Source: Candidatus Rokuibacteriota bacterium
GTDB taxonomy: Bacteria; Methylomirabilota; Methylomirabilia; Rokubacteriales; CSP1-6
Assembly: GCA_044869815.1 (NCBI GenBank)
Contig: JBIOXS010000108.1
Coordinates: 23,369-87,368, forward strand
Length of the DNA stretch: 64,000 nucleotides
Reading direction: 5' to 3'
Below the pieces are notes generated by a model, which saw only the letters and a list, made by a program, of their open reading frames with translations, did no database searches and was not told the DNA's origin. Both the position numbers and the translations under genes were made by a program. Positions 52,702-64,000 of this stretch are shown here, piece after piece. Within the stretch, counting starts at the first letter, position 1, and every line of letters starts with the position of its first letter.

Positions 52702-53615
52702 TCCGGCTCGGGATCGGTCTGCCCGTCGCCGGCGCGTGGGCGACGTCCGACGCGCTCGCCACCGTCGCCCGCCGCGCCGAAGAGCTCGGCTATGCCTCCG
52801 CCTGGGTCTTCCAGCGCCTGCTCTATCCCGTAGCGCCGCGAAACGAGTACTACGGGGCGCCGGGCCCGTGGCCCGAGGCGTTCCGCTCGGCGCTCGATCC
52901 GATGGTCGCGCTGACCTGGGCGGCGGCGCACACGCGCACGATCCGGCTCGGCGTCTCGGTGCTGATCATGCCGTTCTACCAGCCGCTCGTCCTCGCCAAG
53001 CAGCTCGCCACGCTCGACGTGATGAGCGGCGGGCGCCTCGACGTCGGCATGGGCATCGGCTGGTCCCTCGACGAGTTCGAGGCGGCCGGCGTCCCGCGCG
53101 ACCGGCGCGGCGCCCGGGCCGATGAGTTCCTGCGCGTGCTCAGCGCCGCCTGGGGCGACGATCCCGTGGAGTTCGCCGGCGAGTTCTATCGGATCCCACG
53201 CTCGTATGTCAGGCCGAAGCCGGTGCAGCGGCCGCGGCCGCCGGTCCTCGTCGGCGGTTACAGCGAGCCGGTGCTGCGCCGGGCGGCCACCCTCGCAGAC
53301 GGCTATACCGGCGGCAACATCCCGCTGGTGGACCTCGCGGTCGTGGTCGCGCGGGTCCGGGCCGCGGCGCGGGCGGCCGGGCGCGACCCGGCACGCTTTC
53401 CGATCGTCTGCCGCGGTTCGTTCCGCCTTACCGCCGAGCCGCTCGGCGCCGGCCGCCGTGCGCTGTGGGGCTCCGTGCCGGAGATCCGGGACGATATCAG
53501 CCGCTATGCGGACGCCGGGGTGAGCGAGCTGTTCCTCGATCCGAACTTCCAGCCAGGAGGCGCGGAGCTCGCGTCGGTGCTGCGTCAGCTGGAGGCGCTG
53601 GCTCCGAAAGCTTGA
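52698..53615 (+). CDS. Luciferase-like monooxygenase (LLM-class flavin/F420-dependent oxidoreductase); the start codon is not canonical
   Basis: It is an LLM-family TIM barrel. The conserved N-terminus LIRLGIGLPVAG begins at the ACAD TGA. No ATG/GTG/TTG lies in frame nearby, so the start is CTG 52698 or ATC 52701. Confidence 0.6.
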   Translation: MIRLGIGLPVAGAWATSDALATVARRAEELGYASAWVFQRLLYPVAPRNEYYGAPGPWPEAFRSALDPMVALTWAAAHTRTIRLGVSVLIMPFYQPLVLAKQLATLDVMSGGRLDVGMGIGWSLDEFEAAGVPRDRRGARADEFLRVLSAAWGDDPVEFAGEFYRIPRSYVRPKPVQRPRPPVLVGGYSEPVLRRAATLADGYTGGNIPLVDLAVVVARVRAAARAAGRDPARFPIVCRGSFRLTAEPLGAGRRALWGSVPEIRDDISRYADAGVSELFLDPNFQPGGAELASVLRQLEALAPKA

Positions 53616-53651
53616 CGGGAGCTCGACGGCCGCGGCACACTCGAGCCGGTC

Positions 53652-53936
53652 ATGACGAGGCCGCTCCGCGTCGCGCTGCTGCTGCTCCTGGTGCTGCCGC
53701 TGGTGCTGCAGGGCGCCAGCCTTCCGCACACGCATTTCGGCGCCCCGGACGGCTTCTTCAACCAGGAGCACGACCTCACGCTCCTGGCCATCGTCGGCGC
53801 CGTCGCCTCGCTCGACGCCACCGCGCCGGCCGTGCTGCTCGTCCTCGTCGTCAGTGCGCTCGCCGTGGCTCCGCGTCGCCGTCCGGCAATGGCGACGCTC
53901 GGCGCGGCCGCCTCGCGCGCTCCTCCCGCCCGCTAG
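53652..53936 (+). CDS. Small membrane protein with a His-rich motif (hypothetical)
   Basis: A signal or TM-like N-terminus is followed by LPHTHFGAPDGFFNQEHD and a second hydrophobic helix. It lies 70 nt upstream of the porin-znuAB cluster. Confidence 0.35.
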   Translation: MTRPLRVALLLLLVLPLVLQGASLPHTHFGAPDGFFNQEHDLTLLAIVGAVASLDATAPAVLLVLVVSALAVAPRRRPAMATLGAAASRAPPAR

Positions 53937-54006
53937 CCGCTCCGTCGCTCCGCGGCCGCCCACCGGGCGGCGCCCGTAACGCACCCACTCTTCGACGGAG
54001 GAGTCT

Positions 54007-55359
54007 ATGCGCGCACTCCTGGTCCTCGTGCTCGTCGCACTCGCGGTCGTCGTGGGCCCGTTGTCATCCGGCGCCCAGGACGCCGACGCGCTCCGCAAGG
54101 AGCTCGAGCAGATGCGCCGGCGGATGGAAGAGCTCAGCCAGCGGCTGCAGAAGCTCGAATCGCAGCCGACGCCGCCGGCGCCCGCGCCGGTCACCGCGCC
54201 GCCGGCGCCGGCGTCCGGGCAGTCGACGCTCATGGATCTGGCCCGGCCCCGAGAGCCGTTCGCGCTCGCGACCCGTCGCGGCGGCGGCCAGCTCCTCTTC
54301 GACATCGGGATCGCCGGTGACTTCGTGGCCAACATCACCCAACGGAACGTCGATAAGGCCGACTTCGGGACGTTCGCGGGACGCGAGAACCGCTTCTTTC
54401 CGCGCGAGGTCGAGCTGAGCCTCTTCGGCCAGATCGATCCGTACGCGCGCGGAACCGTCATCGTCGAGACGGGTGAGGAGGAGCCCGGGGGTGAAATGAC
54501 CGTGGCGCTGGCAGAAGCGCATCTGACCCTCCTGACACTGCCCTATGGCTTCCAGGCGAAGCTCGGCCAGGTGCGCAACCGCTTCGGCTGGGCCAACGAG
54601 CGTCACGCCCACGACCTGCCCTGGGTGGACGTGCCGAACGTCTACCGGAACTTCTTCGGGGAGGAGGGTCTCCGCGAGCGGGGCGCCGAGCTGTCGTGGG
54701 TGCCCGACACGCCGTTCTACCTGGAGGCGCTCGTGGGTCTCTTCGACGGCGACAACGAGGTCGCGTTCGGACGCGGCAAGCTGAACGAGCCGCTCGTGAC
54801 CGGGCGGCTCCGCACCTTCTTCGAGCCCGGCCTCGAGCACGGCATCCTGCTCGGCGTGTCGGCGGCGCACGGCCGCACGCCGGATCGGCTGCGCAGCACG
54901 CTGGCCGGCTTCGACGTTCGCTACAAGTACACGCCGGACGGTTGGCGGCACGCGCTGCTGACGCTCGGTGCCGAGGGCATCTATTCGATCCGCCGGATCG
55001 AGCGCGAGACGGAGATCGAGGTCGAAGGCGAGGAAGAGCCGCTCATCGTCCTCGAGAAGCGGACGCGGCGTCACTTCGGCTGGTACGCCTACGCCGAGGT
55101 GCAGCCGTGGCGGCGATGGGCCGTGGGCACGCGCTACGACTGGTCGCAGTATCCGGTCGACTCGGGCCGTGAGTGGGCGGTGGAGCCCTACGTCACCTTT
55201 TGGCCGTCGGAGTTTCTCCGCTTCCGGCTCGCCTACAAGCATACGGACCGCTCGCAGCGCTCACCGTTCAACGACAGTGGCGGCAGCGCACGGCTGGTCG
55301 ACGAGCTGCTCTTCCAGGCGACCTTCATCCTCGGCGCCCATCCGGCGCACCCGTTCTAG
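54007..55359 (+). CDS. Outer-membrane beta-barrel porin with an N-terminal periplasmic coiled-coil (DcaP-like architecture)
   Basis: It has a signal peptide, a coiled-coil heptad region (ALRKELEQMRRRMEELSQRLQKLES), a Pro-rich linker and an amphipathic beta-rich body that ends in Phe. Confidence 0.6.
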   Translation: MRALLVLVLVALAVVVGPLSSGAQDADALRKELEQMRRRMEELSQRLQKLESQPTPPAPAPVTAPPAPASGQSTLMDLARPREPFALATRRGGGQLLFDIGIAGDFVANITQRNVDKADFGTFAGRENRFFPREVELSLFGQIDPYARGTVIVETGEEEPGGEMTVALAEAHLTLLTLPYGFQAKLGQVRNRFGWANERHAHDLPWVDVPNVYRNFFGEEGLRERGAELSWVPDTPFYLEALVGLFDGDNEVAFGRGKLNEPLVTGRLRTFFEPGLEHGILLGVSAAHGRTPDRLRSTLAGFDVRYKYTPDGWRHALLTLGAEGIYSIRRIERETEIEVEGEEEPLIVLEKRTRRHFGWYAYAEVQPWRRWAVGTRYDWSQYPVDSGREWAVEPYVTFWPSEFLRFRLAYKHTDRSQRSPFNDSGGSARLVDELLFQATFILGAHPAHPF

Positions 55360-55368
55360 GAGGCGTTC

Positions 55369-56274
55369 ATGATGAGATTGCTTACGATCGCGGCGCTGGT
55401 GCTCGGGCTCGCGTGGCCCGCGGTCGCCGCCGAGCGCGTTCGCGTGGTGACGACCATCCCGGATCTCAAGGCGCTCACCCATGCCGTCGGCGGCGACCTC
55501 GTCGACGTGGAGTCGCTCACGCGTGGCACGCAGAACTTTCACGAGGCCGAGGTGCGGCCGAGCATGATGCTGAAGCTTCGGCGGGCGCAACTTCTCATCG
55601 AGAACGGCGCCGAGCTCGACTCGTGGGTCGACGTGGCTGTGACCGGCGCGAACAATCCGAACATCGTGCGAGGCGGCCCGGGCCGGATCGAGGTCTCGCG
55701 TGGCGTGCCGCTGCTGGACGTGCCGACGACGCGGGTTGATCGCTCGATGGGCGACGTGCATCCGCTGGGCAACCCGCACTTCTCCCTCGATCCGGGGCTG
55801 GCGCCGATCATCACCCAGACGATCCTCGACGGCCTCGCCCGGGTGGCGCCGCAGCAACGGAGCGCCTTCGAGCGTAACCGCACCGCGTTCCTCGAGCGAC
55901 TGGATCAGCAGATGGCGGGGTGGGTGAAGACGCTCGAGCCCGTCCGCGGGGGAAAGGTCGTCGTCTACCATCCCGACTTCATCTACTTCTTGACGCGGTT
56001 CGGTCTCGTCCAGGTCGGCACGATCGAGGATCGTCCCGGGATCCCGCCCTCGCCACAGCACCTGGCCAATCTCATCCGGCAGATGCAGGAGCAGAAGGTC
56101 AAGGTCGTGCTGGTGGAGCCCTGGAACGATCGCAAGCTCGCCGCGCGCGTGGCCGAGGAGGCGGGCGGCAAGGCGCTCGTCATCGCCTCGTCGGTCGGCG
56201 CGGTGAAGGGCGCCGACGACTACATCTCGACGGTGGACTACAACGTGAAGGCGCTGGCAGCGGCGTTACGATAG
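55369..56274 (+). CDS. Metal (Zn/Mn) ABC transporter substrate-binding protein, ZnuA/TroA family
   Basis: It has a signal peptide and a cluster A-I SBP fold with metal-ligand His/Asp contexts (NFHEAE, HPLGNPHF). Confidence 0.8.
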   Translation: MMRLLTIAALVLGLAWPAVAAERVRVVTTIPDLKALTHAVGGDLVDVESLTRGTQNFHEAEVRPSMMLKLRRAQLLIENGAELDSWVDVAVTGANNPNIVRGGPGRIEVSRGVPLLDVPTTRVDRSMGDVHPLGNPHFSLDPGLAPIITQTILDGLARVAPQQRSAFERNRTAFLERLDQQMAGWVKTLEPVRGGKVVVYHPDFIYFLTRFGLVQVGTIEDRPGIPPSPQHLANLIRQMQEQKVKVVLVEPWNDRKLAARVAEEAGGKALVIASSVGAVKGADDYISTVDYNVKALAAALR

Positions 56275-56277
56275 CGC

Positions 56278-57180
56278 ATGGCCGGTGAGCTGGTCGCGAT
56301 CCTGTGGGCGCCGTTCCTGATGTGTCTGGTGCTCACCGGCATTCACGCCTACCTCGGTGTCCACGTCCTTGCGCGCGAGGTCGTGTTCGTGGACATCGCC
56401 ATGGCCCAGATCGCCGCCCTCGGCGCCACCGCGGCGTTTCTCGTCGGCTACGAGGTCGAGCACTGGCAGTCGTACGCCTACAGCCTGGCCGCCACGCTGA
56501 TGGGAGCGATCGTGCTGTCGATCACGCGCAGTCGGCGGCGTCACGTCTCGCAGGAGGCGGTGATCGGCATCGTGTACGCGGTGTCGTCGGCGGCGGCCGT
56601 CCTGCTCGCCGACCGGGCGGCGCACGGTGCCGAGCAGGTGCGCACGATGCTCGTGGGCAACCTGCTCGCCGTCCGGCCGCTCGAGGTCGCCGAGGTGGCG
56701 GTGCTGTACGCGGTCGTGGGTCTGCTCCACTGGGCGTGTCGCCGCCCCTTCATGCTGATCTCGACCGATCCCGTCGCTGCCTACGCGGGCGGCTGGAACG
56801 TCCGGTGGTGGGACTTCGTGTTCTACGCGTCGTTCGGCGTCGTGGTCGCGAGCTCCGTGCGCGTGGCCGGCGTGCTGCTGGTGTTCTCGTACCTCATCGT
56901 GCCCGCCCTCGCCGGTGTGCTGCTCGGCGGCACCGTCGGCTCCCGCCTCCTCATCGGCTGGACGTTCGGCACGCTGGTCAGCGTCGTCGGCATGGTCGCC
57001 TCCGCCGTCTTCGACCTGCCGACCGGCGCCACCGTGGTGTGCGCCTTCGGCGTCATCCTGGTGGCGTTCTGGTTCGCCACGCGCCTCTCGCGCCGGCTGG
57101 CGGCGCTCGGCACGCGCGGCGCCGCCCTCAGTGATGCAGGAAGGGAAGACGGAAGAAGAGCAGGAAGCCGTTCGCGGTGA
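56278..57180 (+). CDS. Metal ABC transporter permease (ZnuB family)
   Basis: It is polytopic with an ABC-3 family signature. No ATPase gene follows. Confidence 0.8.
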   Translation: MAGELVAILWAPFLMCLVLTGIHAYLGVHVLAREVVFVDIAMAQIAALGATAAFLVGYEVEHWQSYAYSLAATLMGAIVLSITRSRRRHVSQEAVIGIVYAVSSAAAVLLADRAAHGAEQVRTMLVGNLLAVRPLEVAEVAVLYAVVGLLHWACRRPFMLISTDPVAAYAGGWNVRWWDFVFYASFGVVVASSVRVAGVLLVFSYLIVPALAGVLLGGTVGSRLLIGWTFGTLVSVVGMVASAVFDLPTGATVVCAFGVILVAFWFATRLSRRLAALGTRGAALSDAGREDGRRAGSRSR

Positions 57181-57715
57181 ACAGCGCGCCGCCCACGGCC
57201 AGCGTCGCCGAGAACCAGAACATCGGGCGCGAGGACGCCAGGATCGAGACCGAGCTGCACACGATGGCGATCTGGAGCAGCACCTCGGCGTAGTCGAAAT
57301 AGGGGTCGCGGTCGCGATGCACATCGCGCTCGTGCTCGAGCCTCTTGGCGTCCTTCTCGATGTCCTTCTTCTCGGCGTTGTAGCGCTTCTCCTCGTCGGC
57401 GAACTGCCGGGCGAGCGCCTGCAGCCGGTCCTGTCGCGGCCCGCGCGCGGCGGCCGTGTCGGCGAGCTCGGCCTCGAGCACGAGCTTCTGCGCGCGATAG
57501 ACATGCTCGCGAATCACCTTCGCCTGGTAGAAGGCCCACTGATCGGAGGACTGCTGTTGCGCCAGCAGCATGTCCTTCATGGAATTGTTGCCCCCGAGCG
57601 AGGCGATGGCGAGCACGACGGCGTACACGGCGGTGGTGAGAGCGACGCGACGGCTGAAGGCCTTGTCGCGCCGCTCCTCCAGCTCATCCGGGTTGGGGAG
57701 CTCGACCTCAGCCAC
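57128..57715 (-). CDS. DUF4337-like membrane protein (TM, coiled-coil, TM)
   Basis: Two TM helices flank a charged coiled coil (QDRLQALARQFADEEKRYNAEKKDIEKDAKRLEHERD). Confidence 0.55.
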   Translation of the reverse strand: MAEVELPNPDELEERRDKAFSRRVALTTAVYAVVLAIASLGGNNSMKDMLLAQQQSSDQWAFYQAKVIREHVYRAQKLVLEAELADTAAARGPRQDRLQALARQFADEEKRYNAEKKDIEKDAKRLEHERDVHRDRDPYFDYAEVLLQIAIVCSSVSILASSRPMFWFSATLAVGGALFTANGFLLFFRLPFLHH

Positions 57716-58019
57716 GCGGTGGCATCTTGCGAATCTCGTCCCGCATGGCGTCCTTGCCGGCCTCGAACGCCGTCATCAGACGCTGGGTCTGCTCCTCGAA
57801 CAGCTCCCGGCTCTTGTCGAACCACTCGCCGGCGCGGCCCTGGGCGTCGGTGGCCATCGCCTGCGCGCGCTTGGCCACCTCGTTGCTGCGCTCGGCGAGG
57901 ATCTCGCGGGTCTCCCGGCCCGTCTTCGGCGCCACGAGCAGCGCGGCCGCCGCGCCGATCACGCCGCCCAGGAAGAACCAGCCCAGGTATCCCGCCGCAT
58001 CGTTTCTGTCATTGGCCAT
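57708..58019 (-). CDS. YtxH-domain protein
   Basis: The N-terminal Gly-zipper TM reads GWFFLGGVIGAAAALLVAPKTGRETRE and is followed by a coiled coil. It overlaps the neighbouring genes. Confidence 0.6.
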   Translation of the reverse strand: MANDRNDAAGYLGWFFLGGVIGAAAALLVAPKTGRETREILAERSNEVAKRAQAMATDAQGRAGEWFDKSRELFEEQTQRLMTAFEAGKDAMRDEIRKMPPRG

Positions 58020-58404
58020 GGTGATCTCCTTGCTCCTTGGATAACCGCTGCAGGAATACGTCGAACCCGCGCTTGAGCCCGGCCGCCATTCCGATGAGCT
58101 GCCCGGCGCGGGCGAAGCCGGCGAGGCCGGTCGCCACGCGGGAGATGCCCTCGGCGGCGGCGCTCACGCGTTCGGTGACCTCGCCGACGCGCTCGAACTC
58201 GTGACTCGCCTCCCGCGTCAGCAGGCGGACGTCTTCGGTGAGCGCGTGCGCCTGACCGATCAGCGGCCGCAGCTCCTGCTCGGCGATCGTCAGCACCACT
58301 TCCGCGCGACGCAGCGTGCGGCGGAGCGCCAGGATCGTGGGCACGAGAACGACGGTCAGGACCACTGCGCATGCGACGAGGACCGTGATGACCCAGGGCG
58401 GCAT
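58009..58404 (-). CDS. DUF948 (YtxG-like) membrane-anchored coiled-coil protein
   Basis: It has an N-terminal TM and then a helical domain. Possible starts are TTG 58443, an internal ATG, or ATG 58404 (MPPWVI). Confidence 0.55.
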   Translation of the reverse strand: MPPWVITVLVACAVVLTVVLVPTILALRRTLRRAEVVLTIAEQELRPLIGQAHALTEDVRLLTREASHEFERVGEVTERVSAAAEGISRVATGLAGFARAGQLIGMAAGLKRGFDVFLQRLSKEQGDHHGQ

Positions 58405-58486
58405 GGGGGTTGGATTATCACGGCAAATCGACATGAAAGTCAATAAATCCGTTGACTTTCGTCACGACGCCGTCCACGATTACGCC

Positions 58487-61610
<3,124 letters not shown>

Positions 61611-61611
<1 letters not shown>

Positions 61612-62408
61612 TGCGCCTGATACCGGCCGCGGCGCTGCTGATGGTCCTGCTCGCGGGCTCTCCGGTCGCGGCGGGGATGGCGGATCGGATCGGTGCCACC
61701 TTTTCGCTCATGGCCGATGAGTTCATCCAGGCGTTCAACCCGGTCGAGGCGCTCGTCGTCGCCGTCGACAACGACGACATCTTCCTCGACGTGGGCTCCG
61801 GCCGCGGCGGTCAGGTGGGGCAAGAATACACGATCTTCCGCAAAGGCGCCGTCTTCAACCATCCGCTGACCGGAAAGCCGCTCGGGCGCTACGAGGAAGT
61901 CCTCGGCTATGCCCAGGTCCGGCGCGTGGAGCCTGATTTCGCCGCGGCGACTTTCGTGCCGCTGCCTGACAGGTCGCGGCCCGGTCCCGAGGACGGCGCG
62001 CGAGTCACGCGGGGACGCCTGAAGGTTGCGGTGACGCCGGTCGTCGACCTGACGGACGGCCGCGCGGACCTGCGCCGCGTGCCCTACCTCATCGCCACCA
62101 TCCTCGAGCGCTCCAGGCGCTTCCAGGTCGTGGATCCGCTGGCCGTGAGCGACATGTTCGCCACCGGGTCCGTCCGGGTCGAGGAGGTGCTCGCGCGGCC
62201 GGAGCGGGCGGTGCGGGTCGCCAAGAACCTGGACCTCGCCGGCTGGATCGTGCCGGTCCTGCTCGCCCAGCGCGGCTCGGTCGCTCTGGATATCACTTAC
62301 ATCTCGGCCATCACCGGCGCCCCGCTGTTCTCCCGACGGGTGTCGGTGGTGCCGACCAGCGACCTCGAGGGGCAGCGCTTCCCCTGGGAGCCGCGGATGG
62401 AGGACTGA
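61611..62408 (+). CDS. Secreted two-domain protein: an N-terminal beta-module plus a C-terminal TolB-N/CsgG-like domain
   Basis: It has a signal peptide. The C-terminal half (LKVAVTPVVDLTDGRADLRRVPYLIATILERSRRFQVVDPL...LAGWIVPVLLAQRGSVALDITYISAITGAPLF) follows the CsgG/TolB-N-like pattern. Confidence 0.45.
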
Positions 62409-62433
62409 GCCGGTGTGCTATGCTCCTCGGCGC

Positions 62434-63144
62434 ATGAAAGCCCGGTATCTCGTCTGGCTGCTGCTCCCGCTGGTAGCCGTCTCGGGATGCTCCACGATGA
62501 AGAAGCTGCTCGGCGTGGCGGACCCGGGTGAGCCCTCCGTTGTCATCAAGTCGGCCGAGACGCGCTGGCTGCTGATCAAGAACCCGCGCTTCGGCGACGT
62601 GCCGAGCGAGCCGGAGTACGTCTGGGTCGAGGAGGACAAGGTCCCGACCACGATGACCACGCTGCTGCGTGGCAAGGGGGCCATCATCGCCACGCCGGAG
62701 ATCGTGGCGAAGTATGGCTCGCCGCCCGGCGGCGGCAAGATCAGTCCGCGGCAGGGCACGATGTACCAGACGGCGGAGGTCCGACCCGACCCGCGCGCCA
62801 CCGTCGCGGTCTCCACACGGGGAGCCGCCGCCGTGGCCCCCATCGCCATACCGCCCGCGAAGGCCGAGCCGCCGAAGCGCGGTTACGTGGTCTACGTCGA
62901 CACGGGACGCGTCGTGATCGATCTCACCAACATCGACGGCCTGCAGCCGGGCAGCCTGGTCAGCCTGCGCCGCGACCGCATTCCCATCGTGCATCCCGTG
63001 ACCGGTGAGCTTCTGGGCGAGCTCGACGAGGAAGTCGCCACCGCCCGCGTCACCGAGATCCGCGAGCGCTTCTCGGTCGCCGAGGTCCAGAACGTCGCGC
63101 CCGGATCGCAGGTTCAGATCCGGGACCGCGTCGTTCCGAAGTAG
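62434..63144 (+). CDS. Lipoprotein sharing a beta-module with the upstream gene
   Basis: The lipobox reads LLLPLVAVSGCS. The C-terminal module (GSLVSLRRDRIPIVHPVTGELLGELDEEVATARVTEI) parallels GQEYTIFRKGAVFNHPLTGKPLGRYEEVLGYAQVRRV in the previous protein. Confidence 0.45.
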   Translation: MKARYLVWLLLPLVAVSGCSTMKKLLGVADPGEPSVVIKSAETRWLLIKNPRFGDVPSEPEYVWVEEDKVPTTMTTLLRGKGAIIATPEIVAKYGSPPGGGKISPRQGTMYQTAEVRPDPRATVAVSTRGAAAVAPIAIPPAKAEPPKRGYVVYVDTGRVVIDLTNIDGLQPGSLVSLRRDRIPIVHPVTGELLGELDEEVATARVTEIRERFSVAEVQNVAPGSQVQIRDRVVPK

Positions 63145-63149
63145 GGTGC

Positions 63150-64000
63150 GTGCCGACACCCACCCTGGAGCAGGTCCTCAAAGAGCGCGTCACTGCCCTC
63201 GTCGGTGAGGACCTCGCCGCCGTCGAGGCGGCCATCCGACGCGAGCTCAGGTCGCCCGTGCCGCTCATCCAGGAAATGGGCGGGTACATCGCCGGCGCCG
63301 GCGGCAAGCGGCTGCGCCCCATCCTACTGTTGCTGGCCGCTCGCGCCGCCGGCTATCACGGACCACGCAGCGTGCGGCTGGCCTGCGCCGTCGAGCTGCT
63401 GCACACGGCCACCCTGATCCACGACGACGTGGTGGACCAGGCGCCCTTGCGCCGCGGGCAGCCATCGGCGAACGCCCACTGGGGCGACGACGCCTCCGTG
63501 CTCGTCGGCGACCACCTCTACGCCAAATCCTTCGCCCTCCTCGTGCGCGACAACGACGGCGTCATCATGGAGACGCTGGCGCGGGCCACCGTCTCCATGA
63601 CGGAAGCCGAGGTCTTCCAGCTGCAGCTCAAGCGCAGCGGGCAGATCTCTGAGGCCGACTACGTCCGGATCATCACGCAGAAGACGGCGTCGTTCATGTC
63701 CGCCTGCTGCCGCATCGGCGCGCTCCTGGGCGGCGTCCCGCACGACCAGCTCGAGGCCCTGACCCGCTATGGGCTCGACATCGGGATCGCCTTCCAGATG
63801 TCCGACGACTCGCTCGACTTCGTCGCCGACGAGCAGCGGCTCGGCAAGGCCGTGGCAGCCGATCTGCGCGAGGGCAAGCGCACGCTGCCCCTCATCACGA
63901 TGCTCGAGCGGGCCAGCGCCGTTGAGGCCGAGCGGGTGCGGGCGATGCTCCGCCGCCGGTCGCTCGCGCCCGCAGAGATCGAGGAGATCCGCCGGCTCGT
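63150..64000 (+). CDS. Polyprenyl diphosphate synthase (IspB-like), N-terminal part running off the window
   Basis: GTG start. It has the first DDxxD motif TLIHDDVVD and a second motif FQMSDDSLD. Confidence 0.85.
   Translation, partial: MPTPTLEQVLKERVTALVGEDLAAVEAAIRRELRSPVPLIQEMGGYIAGAGGKRLRPILLLLAARAAGYHGPRSVRLACAVELLHTATLIHDDVVDQAPLRRGQPSANAHWGDDASVLVGDHLYAKSFALLVRDNDGVIMETLARATVSMTEAEVFQLQLKRSGQISEADYVRIITQKTASFMSACCRIGALLGGVPHDQLEALTRYGLDIGIAFQMSDDSLDFVADEQRLGKAVAADLREGKRTLPLITMLERASAVEAERVRAMLRRRSLAPAEIEEIRRL

Noticed and set aside
58444-58486. Possible sigma-70 promoter (TTGACT, 18-nt spacer, ACGATT) in the gap between the DUF948 operon and pccB.
   Set aside because: The -10 match is weak and the ATG would be only ~6 nt downstream. 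The evidence is not enough to call it.

Overview
This is a GC-rich (~70%) bacterial chromosomal window, densely packed and mostly co-directional on the + strand, with many overlapping GTG/TTG starts and 4-nt stop/start overlaps. Most of it is housekeeping: the rplU-rpmA-obg-proBA-nadD-rsfS cluster, gap-pgk-tpiA-secG, a pyruvate dehydrogenase operon, lipA, indolepyruvate:ferredoxin oxidoreductase iorAB, and pccB plus the methylmalonyl-CoA mutase large subunit. There are four two-component or signalling proteins, three tRNAs, a dpp/opp-type ABC importer and a znu-type ABC importer (neither with an ATPase gene in cis), and a tetR-ECF sigma pair. Two paralogous complex I (nuo) loci with complementary subunit sets are the main point of interest. 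Locus 1 (7765-18114) is nuoABC-[NIPSNAP]-DHIJKLMN: an 11-subunit set with no nuoEFG and a tandem-NIPSNAP gene inserted between nuoC and nuoD. Locus 2 (38328-46779) is nuoABCDEFGHIJK and stops before nuoLMN. Other accessory-looking elements are a free-standing LAGLIDADG homing-endonuclease-like gene in a low-GC patch co-oriented with tRNA-Leu and tRNA-Ala, a REC-PilZ response regulator operon, a DUF948-YtxH-DUF4337 triad, two adjacent secreted proteins sharing a module, a coiled-coil porin upstream of znuAB, and two genes whose conserved N-termini lack any ATG/GTG/TTG start. No CRISPR array, integrase or transposase was seen.
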